DNA from: Blastocladiella emersonii ATCC 22665
Lineage: Eukaryota; Fungi; Blastocladiomycota
Length of the DNA stretch: 64,000 nt
Reading direction: 5' to 3'
Assembly: GCA_025594325.1 (NCBI GenBank)
Contig: JANHCV010000001.1
Coordinates: 5,078,961-5,142,960, forward strand
The notes under the pieces were generated by a model. That model searched no databases. It worked only from the letters and a program-made list of their open reading frames with translations, and was not told where the DNA came from. The translations under genes were made by a program, and so were the position numbers. How positions within the stretch are numbered: position 1 is the first letter of the stretch; every line of letters begins with the position of its first letter. Positions 10,517-22,449 of this stretch are shown here, one piece after another.

Positions 10517-13500
10517 ATGAACTCGAATGAAGCGCCCCATGACGGTGCGCAAGCTGATAACTTGCGATCACTTTATACACCTGACAGGAAGCCCTTTGCG
10601 ACGTGCGTCTACAGGCGGCGCCGCCAATGCCTTGAGGCGATTTAGCGAGCTTGTGGGTGGCGACTTCCTCGCACAATGTGGCGCGTGCGATGACGATGTG
10701 CTAGTCGGGGAAGACATCAAATCCCTCCTCAGTACAGCGACCACCGACGACGCGTGGTTGACCAGCAACTTTATCAACCTTTTCTGCCAGCGGCACTTGC
10801 TTCCACAGTTCAACACCGCTCCTCCCGAGTCGCCGCTGGCGTCAATTCACGGCATCAGCCTTAAATACGTAAATGCCGGCCTCGTAGGCCAGTGGCTCGA
10901 TGAAGCGACTTTGGGGGACAATGTTCGATTCTCTTACGAGCAATTCATGAGCGCTATCGCGAATGCTGCACGGGACCCGTCTTTCGCCGTACACAACGAG
11001 ACCTTGCAATTTTTCATTGCTCCAGTTGTCTTCCGCAAGCACTGGACTCTGGTCGTCGTGTACCTTTCTCTTCAGCCCCATCCCGTGTGCCGAATCCTGA
11101 GCTTTGACAGCCGCGGCTCAGTGTTGCCAAACCCGTCATGCGTACGGCGAGACATTCACCCGTACTCGCAAGCTGGTCTCTCGGGATCGCTCCTGTTTCT
11201 CGCGCATCTATTTCTTTCAAAGTTCGAGCAACTCCAGCAAGTCGAGGTGATCGGAATGCACAACGCGCCAAGGCAACTGGACCGAGGCTCGTGTGGAATT
11301 TTCACGTTGCACTTCATGTCCTGTGTCCTCGAACAACTTCAAACCCTCGCCAGCCGTGTCGCGGTTTCCAGCAGCCAGCCCTCGTTCAACTTTCAACCGC
11401 ATCTCGCGCCCCGCTCTGCCGACCTAGAATCACGAATGCACTTGCGAGTCCAATACTTCTTTGATATCTTCCCGCTCGTGATCGAGTACTGTCGGCTCGC
11501 TGGCATTGCGAGGTGCGTTATGTTTGCGACCCATAGGAAAAGCAGGCTAAATTTGCGCGATAGCTATCTTTAGTGAATCATTTGATTCAAGTGCAAGCTC
11601 CGACGACGAAACTTTTCAATGCTCGAGCGAACATTCATCAACTTCGTCCAGCTCGACACCGTCGTCGTCTGGCTCTACAACTCCAACGCCATCTCGACCC
11701 TCCTCGCGTTCGTCAACTCCAGCAGCACCTCGAGTTGCGCCGCTGCCTCGCGCAGATCTGGGTATGTCTTTGACCATGTTAGGGGTTTGTGAACGCTAAC
11801 GCGTCGAGTCGTGTAGGCTCGCATGGCGTTTCGACTACGCTGAGCTCTGGGCAGCTCGACCAACTCATTCAGCAAACTCAGGACAAGCTATCGAAACCCA
11901 CGACCATCCGTCGACCTGACGGGCCGTTCGACATCACGTTTGAACGTCTCCCGACCTCTGACGCTGACGCGCTGCAGTTCTATCAGGTACGAGCACAAGA
12001 GCACTCGAATGTCCAAGTTGACTAACTTGTTCGAGTCGTGTAGAACGTGAATCGCGCGCTCGCCCAACACCATCGCGAAGTTGGCCTCGCCGAGCCGCTC
12101 GTGTATCGCCTCCAAGGCAATAGGAAGCGAAACACTATCCCGCACGCATCTGGTGTCGACTGCGGCATTGAGGCCATGAAGCGGTTCCTTGCGTTCGAGG
12201 GCCGCGGAGCCCGTATTTTTGATTCTGAACCGAGTACGTGATCCTCGCGCCTTGCATGATCCAAGTTGCACTGACCGCGCGTGTCTACGACTCGAATCGA
12301 TTGTAGGCGAAGACCACACATTCTTTGCGACCGTGGTCATCGTCTGCTCCAGGGAGGGCGTGCACAAGCAGAAGCCGAAGGAGCGGCAGCGCGAGAAGCC
12401 TTCGAGGCGGTGCAACTGCCCGTTCCGTATTGTCATCTCGCAGCCGGACCCTTCGGTTGCCGCGCGGGTCGTCGTGGGTCGGTGCAGATGGGAGCACACG
12501 TGTATCGAGATCCCGCCGCAGAGCGTCGAGCTGGGTCCGCTCCCTCCAGCACCCATCCATGGCGTCGTGACGGGTACCCGCGCCATGATGGAGCCGGTCG
12601 TCGAGATGACGCTGAACAGGGACAAGGCGTTCGAGATTCACGCAGAGCTGCAGCGGCAATTCGACACGACCAAGCTCCATCGTAAGCAGGTCAAGCACGC
12701 TCGTCGGCGTGTCACTGAGACGGTCTACGGCAAGCCGGGCGACGACGCAGCCAGGTTTATCAAGCTGCTTGTCGACTCGCCCCAGGAGTACCCGGTGTGG
12801 TTCGCTGACATCGACCCCAAGACGCGAGTACCGCGTCGACTATTCTGGGTGCGACGCCCCCAGCTCGAGGTGCTGCGGGATCACGGGCGCGTCACCATGC
12901 AGGACGTGACGTACAAGACCAACGTGTACGGCCTGTACCTGTCCGTGTTCGTCGTGATCGACAGCAACCTCAACTCGCGGCTCGTCGGGCAAGCGCTCCT
13001 GTCGCGGCAGGCCACCGAGGACCACCAATGGGCATTTTCAGCTCTGCGGCTGGCCATGTACGCAGCTCGCGGCCTCTGGACCATGCCGCCTCGCTCGCTG
13101 CCCGCCAGGTCAGCAGATGCGCTGATCCACTCGGTTCTCGCTCATCGCCCAGACGACGGCCAACTCGCTCACCGTGCAACGACTCAACAAATTGCAGCTC
13201 GCGACGACGCGCAGAGCAACGCGTCGGACACGGACGCGTCTGCGCGCTCCATCAACGAGCGCGACAACGCGCCGCTTGCGGCGTCCTCATCCAGCAACAG
13301 CAGCTCGAGTACGAGTACCACCAGCGCGCCAGATCCAGCTGCTCCCATTGGACTCGACCTCGATCCGCGCTCGCTCACCGAGGGGGACGCGGCGATCGAC
13401 TTCTCGCGCGATTTGCCCGACCTCGTCATCATCACCGACTTTGACCAGGCTGCACAGAACGCTGTGCGAGCGGTGTTCCCCAATGGGCGACCCGTCGGGT

Positions 13501-15087
13501 GCCGCTGGCACATGAACGTGGCCGTCGATATGCGGGACGGGGGCCGTCAGCGGGCGGTTCCACGAACCGCGGACGATCCGCCGAATCTTGCGAAGATCCG
13601 CAAGCGCGCCCGCGAGTTTTTGCTCTACGTCGACGGAGCGCAGACCGAGGAAGAGTTTGAGCGTCGATGGCGTCAACCGCCGCAGGATCTCAACAAGCGC
13701 GTCTACGACTACCTGACGCGCACCTGGCACCCGAAACAGCGGCTGTGGGCGACCTGGGCGATCGGTACCTTCTTCCGCGCGGGCTGTACGACGAGCTCGC
13801 GTGTCGAGGGCATGAACGGCCTCCTCAAGCGGTTCGGCCTCGACACCAACACTCGCTTGATGGGGGTCGACAGTGCGGTCGGCCGCGAGCTCGTTCGCGA
13901 AGCGGATCAGGCCAACAAGATGGAGGCCGTGTACCGCAATAATTTGGGTCGCTCGTTCAGCGACCTCAATGCGGACCTACGCGCCATTGCCAAGGCAATC
14001 GCGCAAAACTGCACTCCAAACGTCGCTAACGCGCTCTTAAGTAGTCTGCAAAACGTGCACAACTGCACTCCAGTGCGGCTGCAGGAGCGCGATCTCGCGG
14101 AAATGCCGTACGACCAGTTCCGCGAGCTCGCCAACAACGAGTGCGCCCGATCGGTATGGCGGGTGGGCCTTCGGCGGTCGTCGCGCGAGCTGTACTACCT
14201 CATTGTCTTCAACGACGGCGCGATTCTCTGCTCGTGTCGCGTCGGCGTGACACATCCATGCGATCACGCGTTCGCCGTGATGTATCACGCCGGGGACGTG
14301 TGGTTCACGCTCAGCATGATTGATGACGCCTACCTCATGGCCAAGGGCAAGAGCCTGGTCGACCGCGACTTCATTTTTCCTAGCGAACACGGCAGTCTGG
14401 GCAAGAACAGCAACGGCGGCGAAGTGCTGCCGCCCGAGCCTGTAGGTCCGGATTTCGGGCAGCTGATCCGCGAGCACATGCGGCCGACTACGCCCAGAGC
14501 TATCGAGGAGGATCTCGACGCGGCCGACGCAGACGTCCTTGTGCTTGACAAGGACGAGTACGACGGCGAGCTCCCGCCGGACGACGACGAGGAGCCTGGC
14601 CCAGCTGCAGGGAAGGGCAAGGCTCCCGCGGCGCGGCAGCCGGTGCAAGGACGAGCGGACAGCCTTCCTGACGTCCGCAACCCGCCCAGAAAGTACGGGA
14701 GCAACCGCGGCCGGCCGCCGAAATCTCCTCCTCGTCCCGCAAGTTGCCCAAAAGACTTTGCAACGCAAGGTACGATTGGTCGCCGCGTTTGAGGGACGTT
14801 CGGATCTCACCATCTGGCGTGTAGCGAAGCGGAAGAGCTCCGCCAAGGCGAACTCGGGCCCCGCGCGCAAGCGCGCACGGCGCGGTACAGTCGAGTCAGC
14901 AAACGCAACTGATTCGAGAACTGCGGTCACGACTGCGGAGCTCGCGACCTTGTCGTCAACGACTGCCGCGCGCTCGATCGCCGCGACCGCGACGGCGACC
15001 ACCACGACCACGCCCGCGGCGATCGCGGACGCGCCCATGACGTCCGGCGCGCGCGCGCTCCAGGAGCTGCTCAAAAAGAAGCACTAG
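10517..15087 (+). CDS. Ulp1(C48)-FAR1-like-MULE-SWIM transposase fusion, 7 exons, about 1408 aa
   Basis: Introns 10545-10587, 11513-11573, 11762-11816, 11987-12043, 12234-12306 and 14770-14824 all keep one open frame. Ulp1 triad KHWTLVVV / FDS / QLDRGSCGIF; RCNCPF...HTC; DDE residues QDVTYKTN, IITDFD...GCRWH, SRVEGMN; SWIM CSCRVGVTHPCDH; AT-hook-like RGRPPK. Confidence 0.85.
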
Positions 15088-15308
15088 AGTCGGATAAGAG
15101 CAAGAAATGTTGAGCCTGTCGACCCGTTGAATAAATACGCTTCTGTTTTTCATTTGGCAGCGACATCGCTTCGCGTGAGCTTTTCATTCAGCATTTTTCA
15201 TCACGTTGCATGAACTCTTTTTTATGTGTGTGATTTTTTGCGGAGTCAGTACAAGTCGACGGGGCCGTGAGAACGGCGGCCGGCCGCGGGAAATCGACGC
15301 GTCGCGAT

Positions 15309-15401
15309 ATCATGTGACCGTGGCTTGGGGGCAGAATAGCCGAGGGGGCAGAATAGCCGCGGGGGGCAGAATAACCGGCTGGGGGGCAGAATAGGAATCG
15401 C
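15309..15401 (-). repeat. Right TIR of the MULE
   Basis: Four GGGGGCAGAATA(G/A)CC units, reverse complement of the left TIR, ending at the TSD. Confidence 0.9.
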
Positions 15402-15479
15402 CGCAAAAAACCACGTCCATGTTTCAACTAAACGCTCGTCTGTATTCCCAATATCCTACTTACCCACTCGTGCCAACCC

Positions 15480-18135
15480 TCAGAGGCCGACGCGGAACAA
15501 GATCTGCTTGCCCTTCTTCCCCTTGCCCTTCCCGCCGACCTCGGCCGCCTCACTACTCGCGGACGACGCGGCCGCGGACTGGCCCCAGCCGAGCCCGACG
15601 ATGGGCGACGCGGACGCCGACGACGGGAGCGACGGGTAGTCGGCAGCGCTGACGGGCGCGGCCATGGCGCCGCGCTTCTGCTTGGGCGGGGGCGAGGGCG
15701 ACGACGCCGCCGCCATGGGCGATGCGGGGCGGGCAGCAGCCGCGGCGGGCGCGGCAGCAGCAGCAGCGGAGCCCGCGGCCCAGGGACCCGACGAGACGGG
15801 TCGCACAGCGGCCTTGCCCTTGTTCTTCTTAGCGGCGGCCGCGACGGCCGAGGCGACGGGGACGGGGACCGCGGGGACGTCGGGGACGTTCCAGACGGAA
15901 CTGCCGCCGGCGGCGTTCTTAGCCGTGTTCGCGCGGACGGCGCGGTTCTGCGGGAGGATGTAGCTCCACGACGGCGGGTTCGCGGCGGACGCGATGTTAG
16001 ACCGGCTGCCGCGGGGCGACGTGCCGCCGGAGGTGTTGCGGATGACGAGGACGCGCGGGGCGGGCGGGGCGCGGCGGTCGCGGACCGCGACGTTGAGGTC
16101 GTGCCGCTTGTCGTTGTTTGGGCACGTGGCGATGACGGCGTCGAGCACGCTGTCGAGCTGCGCGCGCGGCTTGTCGGCGAGCAGCGCCGTGAGCGCCGTC
16201 ACGAACTCGGCGGCCGTGATGGCGCTCGACATGTACGCCGACGACATGGACTGGAACTCGCGCAGCTTGGGCCGCGACTGGTCCAGCAGCGCGTACAGCT
16301 GCGTGAGCACCGGCGACGACTTGATGGCGCGGTCCTCGGCCGCCTCGCGCGACTCGGCCGCGGCCGTGGCGGGAGCCGACGCCGACGCCGTCACGGGCGC
16401 GCGCGTCAGGTTGCCGAACCCGGGTGGCGGGCGGATCATGCGCGCGGGCGGGGCGCCGGGCACGGCGCGGCCGGCGGGGCCCGGGCCCACGGGAGCAGCA
16501 GCGGGAGGCGGTGATGCCGACGAAGCGGACGAAGATGAGGACGCAGCGGCGGCAGCGGCAGCCTCGGCGGGCGTCGGGGCGGCAGCAGCGGTATCTGCGT
16601 CGTTGGCGGCGCCCTTCTTTTTCCGTTCCCGCTTGGGCTTTGGCGCTGCTGCTGCTTCTCCCTGCGAGGCAGCAGTAGCAGAAGCGGAAGCCGACGAGGA
16701 CGAGGCAGCAGCACCGGCGTCGCGGCCGCCACCACGGCGATCCGAGCCCGCCGGGTCGCGGTTCTTGCCGCGGCGGTTCCCGGCGGCCGAGGCCTCGCGG
16801 CTGCTCGAGGCGGACGAGGACGAGGGGACGACGGTGAAGGCAGTGTCGATGCGGCGCGCGTGGTTGGCGTGGGCGCGCTGCCTGCCGCCGCCCGGGTGGT
16901 AGACCTGGCCGTGGACCTCGGACATGTGGGCCTTGAGGTCGATCTCGGAGGCGAAGACGACGAACTTGGCCTCGATGCACTCCTGGTGGTTGCAGGGCCA
17001 GTGCTCGTCGTCAAAGTGGTCCTCGAGGCCGGCGTAGTCGCGGTAGTAGACGTTGCGGATGCCGTCGCGCTGGCACAGGAAGCACTCCTCGTGGCGCTCG
17101 CGGCAGTGCGCGTACAGCTCGTCGTTGCCGTAGAAGCGCTTCTGGCAGAAGCCGCACGCCGGGTGGCCCTTGACGACCGAGTCGTCCGGGTTCACGACGC
17201 GGTCGAGGATCGCCAGGTCGCCGTGCTCGCGGTGGTGGCGCAGCGCGTCGGCCGGGTACAGCGTGTGCTCGTGCGCGAACAGCAGCTTGTGGCCGATGCA
17301 GATGTCGCACAGCGAGTGGCCGTGCGTCTTGTGGACGTGCGACTTGAGCCCGTTCCACCCGCCGGGCCCGTCGTGCACGAAGGTGCACTGCGGGTCCGGG
17401 CAGTGGTACCGCAGCAGCGACAGCGACGCCGCGTACGTCTCCTGCGAGTCGAACCACAGCTTGAGCGCCGCGTCGTGGTACGGCTGCTCGGCGAGCGGCA
17501 CGAACGCCTCGAACTCGGCCGCGGGTCCGTGGTTCTTGGTCACCACCACCTCGTCCATCTCGGCTTTGCAGAACGGGCACGAGAAGTCCTTGTACAGCGC
17601 GCGCATGCGCAGCGTGCAGACGTGACAGGTCCTGCGTACGGGCGCCGGGATCGCGTCAGTCTTCCGTCTCAGGTTCGCGCGAGCACACGACCAAAGCGTA
17701 CCGGTGGTTACACGGGCCGACCGACGAGTAGACCATCTCCTCGGTACAGATGAAGCACGACTCGGCCGCCCCCTCGGCGTCGCCGTCGTCCTCCTCGTGC
17801 TCGTCGTCGTTACCACGCGCGGCCGTCGGCTTGGCGGAGGCGAGGAAGATGTTGACGTCGAGGGCCTGGCCGTTGAGCATGGTCGACGTGGTGACGTTGG
17901 CGTCGCCGCCGCGGCGCGGACCGGCAGCACCCCCGCGACCGCCGCCACGACCACCACGGCCGGACCCGCGCCCACCGCGGCCGTTGCCGTCGCCCGTCAG
18001 GATCGCCGGGTTGTCGTTGGCGCGGCGCGGGCGACCACCACCACCACCGCGCGCGCTGCCGCCGCCGCGGCCGCCGCGCGACGCGGACGACGCGCCGTTG
18101 GCGGGAGTGCCGTTGGTGTTGTTGGTGTTGGACAT
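15480..18135 (-). CDS. HEL2: RING E3 ubiquitin ligase Hel2/ZNF598 (ribosome quality control; intron 17632-17701)
   Basis: Spliced RING CFICTEE...PCNHR|TCHVCTLRMRALYKDFSCPFCK; C2H2 fingers with GHPACGFCQKRF and KFVVFASEIDLKAH; RGG-rich N-terminus. Confidence 0.93.
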
Positions 18136-18565
18136 GGCGTGGTGTTGATGCGTTGCAAGATGCGTGGAGGGGGAGGGGAGGGGTGCGTGGGAGCGAGAGG
18201 GAGGGAGGGGGGGAGCAGCGCGCTTTCAAGTGGGACGCGCGCGAGCGAGGGGGATCGGATCGAGGCGGGCGAGCGAGCGGGCCGGGCCGTGCGAGGCGCC
18301 GGGAGTGAGGCACTGGCAAGAGCGCGTGGGTGGCTCGGGTCGACTCGACGGAGCGAGAGAGGGGAGGGGAAAGTTGAGGTTTACGACGGCGGCCGGCAGC
18401 AGCGGCGATCGGAGACAAAATCGCCGCGCGGTGGCGACGTCGCAACGCAAAACGTGACCCGAGGGACGCACTCGGCGCTTTCGCCGGGCCAACCCCTCGC
18501 CCTCGCAGCATCACACAGGCCATCACCCCCACGTAAACTATATATATTGCGTTCCGGGAGGGGGC

Positions 18566-19303
18566 TCACGCCGACTCGGCGTCCGCGGCGGCGGATACTA
18601 TTTCTCCCGCGTCCTCGGATCCGGCGGGGAGCGCGCGCTCGGCCGCCTTGAGGAAGTTGACGTGGTTCGGGTGGTACGTGATGAGCCTGCACGGCAGTCG
18701 CGTGAGATGTTAGTTCCGTTCAATCTCGAACGGATTGGGGAAGCGTACATCTCCTGGACGAGGTCGCCGAGCTTCTGCTCGCCGCCCTTGGTCTTGAGCA
18801 GGCACGCGAGGCACTCGGTCCCGCACCACTTGGCCGCTACACACACGCGATATCAGCGCCGATCACGGTCTAAACGAGACGCAAGTCGACGCACTGTAAT
18901 AGGTCGCGACAAACGCGCTGCCCGAGACGGCGCCAATCGCTAGCGCGAGGTTGAACACGCTGGGCTCAGGCAACGCGTCGCCGGCCTTCTTCGCCGCCGC
19001 GTCGGCCTTGGCCATGCGCGCCGCGGCCTTGGCCGCCTGCGCCGCGTTGAGCGACCGCGGAGCCGTCGCGGCGAGGTGCTGCGTGTTGCGCGCGGCCTGC
19101 GCCTTGACCATGGCCATGAGCTCGGGCCGGATCGCGCGCGTGCCCGCCCACACAAAGAAGCCGAGCACCATGGCGCCCGCCATCATCGTGTTGCGCGAGT
19201 ACGTGTCGAGGCACTCCTTCTCGGCCTCGGACGGCGTGTACGCCGTCGTGCTCACGAACTTGTTGACTTGCGCCAGAATGCTCTTCTCCAGCATGGTCGA
19301 CAT
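18566..19303 (-). CDS. Small hypothetical membrane protein (3 exons, two hydrophobic segments)
   Basis: ORF 18863-19303 spliced through GTGCGT...GTGTAG and GTACGC...GCAG introns to a TGA at 18566; host-like codon bias; no family recognised. Confidence 0.55.
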
Positions 19304-19537
19304 GGTGGCGCGTTGCGGTAAGTTACTCTGACGGGTGCGCTACGGCAAGATACATGGGCGAGAGGATCGACAAGAGCGTCGCGAGAGAGAAAAAGGTTGA
19401 GAGCGGCCGACTTCAGCCACGGCGTGACGTAAAAGTGTGGCGCTTCCGCTCTTCACCGTTCAAGTCGCGCGCGACCGCTCCTTTTAGCTCTCTCTCCCCT
19501 CGAACGCGGCCCAGATGCCTGCCCAAAACGAAATCAA

Positions 19538-22135
19538 ATGAACTCGGCCATCCGCACGCCCAACGACCACATCCTCGACGTGCTGCACGATGCGCTCGAA
19601 GAGCACCGGCGCACCGGCGACAAGAACCGCGTCATGGCCTACTCCCGGGCCATTGCCGCCGTGCGGAAGCATCCGACGCGCCTCAACAATGGCACGGAGG
19701 CCAAGCAGCTCAAGGGCATTGCGGATGGCATTGCCCGCCGCATCGACGACGGGCTCAACCTGCGCACGGAAACGCTGATGCTGCCTCCGCAGGATGACGG
19801 CGACGACGAGGCCGACCGCGCCGCGCAGCGGTCCGACATGCTCCCGCTGCACCCGGGCCGGTCTCGCCCTGATGAGAACGCCGTCACATACCGTCTGGGT
19901 ACGCTCTGTTCGGAGCCATGAACGCGTTTCGCACTAACCTCCACCAACAACGTAGTTGAGGGCACCCCGCCGCCGCAGAAACCGAAGCGCGCGTTCCCGA
20001 CCGACCTCGATTTCGCCGAGCTGACCGACCTCGCCGTCAGCACCGTGTCGGGCTCGCGCAACAGCAGCAACCGCCAGCCGCTCCTCATCCCGCTGCGTCC
20101 CAGCGGGCCCATCTCCGCCTCGTCGTCGGCCTCGGGCATGCTCGCCACCCCGATGATCACGCCCACGTCGCGTCCCGGAGCGCAGCCGACCCAGCTTGCG
20201 CCAGCGCCTGCGCCCACGTTCCTCCCGCCCGCGATCCCGCGCCCGGCCCACCATGCTCCGACCCCGCCGTCCATCTCTCCCGCCTCCTCCTTCACCACTC
20301 CCGCCGAAACGCCGCGCAAGCGCGCCAACCCCGACGACGCGCCCGACACCGCCACGCCGCTCCCTGCAAAGCGCCGCGCGGTCAGCGGCGGCGGGATCTC
20401 GCCCGCGAACCCGCCCGCGATCGGCTCGCCCGCGTGCGCCGTGCTCCTGGCGCTCCTCGACTGGGCCACGGCTGACCCGCCGCGTCACCTGCTCACGCGC
20501 ACCGACATTGTCGCGCGCGCGCGTCGTTTCAGTCGCGAGTCCGCCGCCGTCGGCGGGCAGCCGACGCCCGTGCTCGACCTCCTGCGCGACAGCCGCCTCG
20601 TCGACGTCGCGCAGGGCGCCAGTGGCGGCGAGGAGGTGTTCGGTTTCACGGCCGCGGGACGCGAGTTTGCGGAGCAGGTGTACCGCGACGCGCGCGCCGC
20701 GGGACGCGAAGACCAGGTGATTCCCTCGTTCGAGGAGGGGCTGGCGGTCGCGGTCGCGGCCGAGGTGGGTGTGCCGAAACGCGAGCCGCACGTCGTGGCG
20801 CCGAAGCCGGAGCTGCCTGTCGCCGAGCTCAAGCAGGAGCCGCTCGCGATGCCGAAGGCGGAGCAGTTCATCCAGCCCAAGCAGGAGCAGCCCGTTCCCG
20901 CGCCCAAGCGCGAGCCGCTCGTCGCTCCACCGGCGCTCCCGACCGCGCCGCCGACACCGCAAGTCGGAGCCGGCAGCAAAGACGGCGTCGCGTGGCCCGT
21001 GAACGACGGCCTCGCACCGCCCGCCGCCGTCACGGTACCGGCGTGGGACCCGTTCCGCGTGCACACGCTCCCGGCGGGCTCGTTTGACATTGTCATGGTG
21101 ATCGACAAGGCCAAGCACGAGCACGAGCCGCCCGCCGAGTTCCGCGAGTGCCTGCGGCAGCACCAGGTCGATTTCGCCGAGCACGTGCTCGCGATCGGGC
21201 ACGTCGTGTGGGTGGCGCGCCCGCACGGGTCCAAGGCGCACGACGCGTCGACGTACGTGGTCCTCGACTACATTGGCGAGCGCCGCCACGTCCTCGACCT
21301 GGCCGCGTGCGTCAGCCCGCGGAACCCGGGCAACGTCGCGACGTGGCGCGAGCGCATGTGGCGGTACGCGCACACGGGGCTCCCGCACAAGCTGTTCCTG
21401 CTCGACGAGGGCGTTTCGGTCGAGGCGCTCGCGGATCCGGGCGACCGCACCAAGGAGCAGCTCGAGGCCGACGCCGAGGCGGTCCGCGGCAGCATGCGGT
21501 CGACGAACGCGCGGTCCGTGGTTGCCGAGGACTTCAACCTGCACCCGACGCAGTCGTACAAGGAGACGGCCGAGCAGCTCGCGCACTTCACGCGCGCCAT
21601 CGAGCGCGTCTGGGCCGGCCGCCCGCTGCACTACCTGCTGCCCGACCAGGCGCCCGCGCGCTGGGACTGGCTACGGTACCGCGCGTTCGGCGAGGTGCGC
21701 GAGTCGGCCCACGGCAATGGCGCGATGCTCCTGCACCCGCTGTCGCCCGAGGACGCGGCCTTGCACGCCGTCAACCAGGGCGCGGCCGCGCGGTGTCACC
21801 GCGCCCCGCACGTCCTGTTCACGCACTTCAACGTGCTGATGCAGAAGTCGGAGCACATCGTGGTGCGCGACCTGTTCGTGCGCATGCCCATGGCGATCCA
21901 TGGCGTGTCGCTCGAGAAGGCGCGGTTCGTCGCGGACATGTTCGGCACGCCGCACGCCCTCAACCAGCGGCTCCGTGACGTCGAACCGGCACTGCGCGGT
22001 AAGCTCGTCGCGGAAATGTGCAAGGAGGCCGAGGAAGACGCGGGCGTGCCGCTCGGCACTCGGGTGGTCAAGCCGGACACGAGCAGCAAGATCGCGCAGG
22101 TGTTCGCGGGTGAAGTTGGAAATCGGTTTTGCTGA
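19538..22135 (+). CDS. MUS81: MUS81-like ERCC4-family protein with degenerate nuclease motifs (intron 19899-19955)
   Basis: N-terminal HhH (YSRAIAAVRKHP...LKGIADGIARRI), winged-helix region (AVLLAL...FTAAGREFAE), ERCC4 region (LPAGSFDIV, VLDYIGERR), C-terminal HhH2 (LFVRMPMAIHGVSLEKA). Confidence 0.8.
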
Positions 22136-22449
22136 GATTGCTGCGGGTTGTATTTATGCATGTATTTTTTATCACCAAGGTGCCGAAGCGAGTGGGTCGA
22201 AGCAAGGGAATAATAGGTCGAAGTTCGGATCACGTGTTGGGAAAACACGTGTTGTGTGAGACACGGTGCGAGACGCGTCTCGGGCGCGCGGTTCTTGGCA
22301 CCGCGCGCACGTCTCCAACGGTCACGATATGGCAGGATGGTATGCCTTACTCACGCTCAGGGGCATACATTCCTCCACTTCGATCCGCTCCTTCTCCACA
22401 GAACATCCATTAGACTGAAAGATAGACTAGACGACCCCCGACCACCACC

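Larger units (their letters stand above)
10085..15401 (+). mobile_element. Mutator-like (MULE) DNA transposon, apparently intact, 5.3 kb, carrying a Ulp1 domain
   Basis: 9-bp TSD CGCAAAAAA at 10076-10084 and 15402-15410; about 94-bp terminal inverted repeats; internal MULE transposase; lower GC than host genes. Confidence 0.95.
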
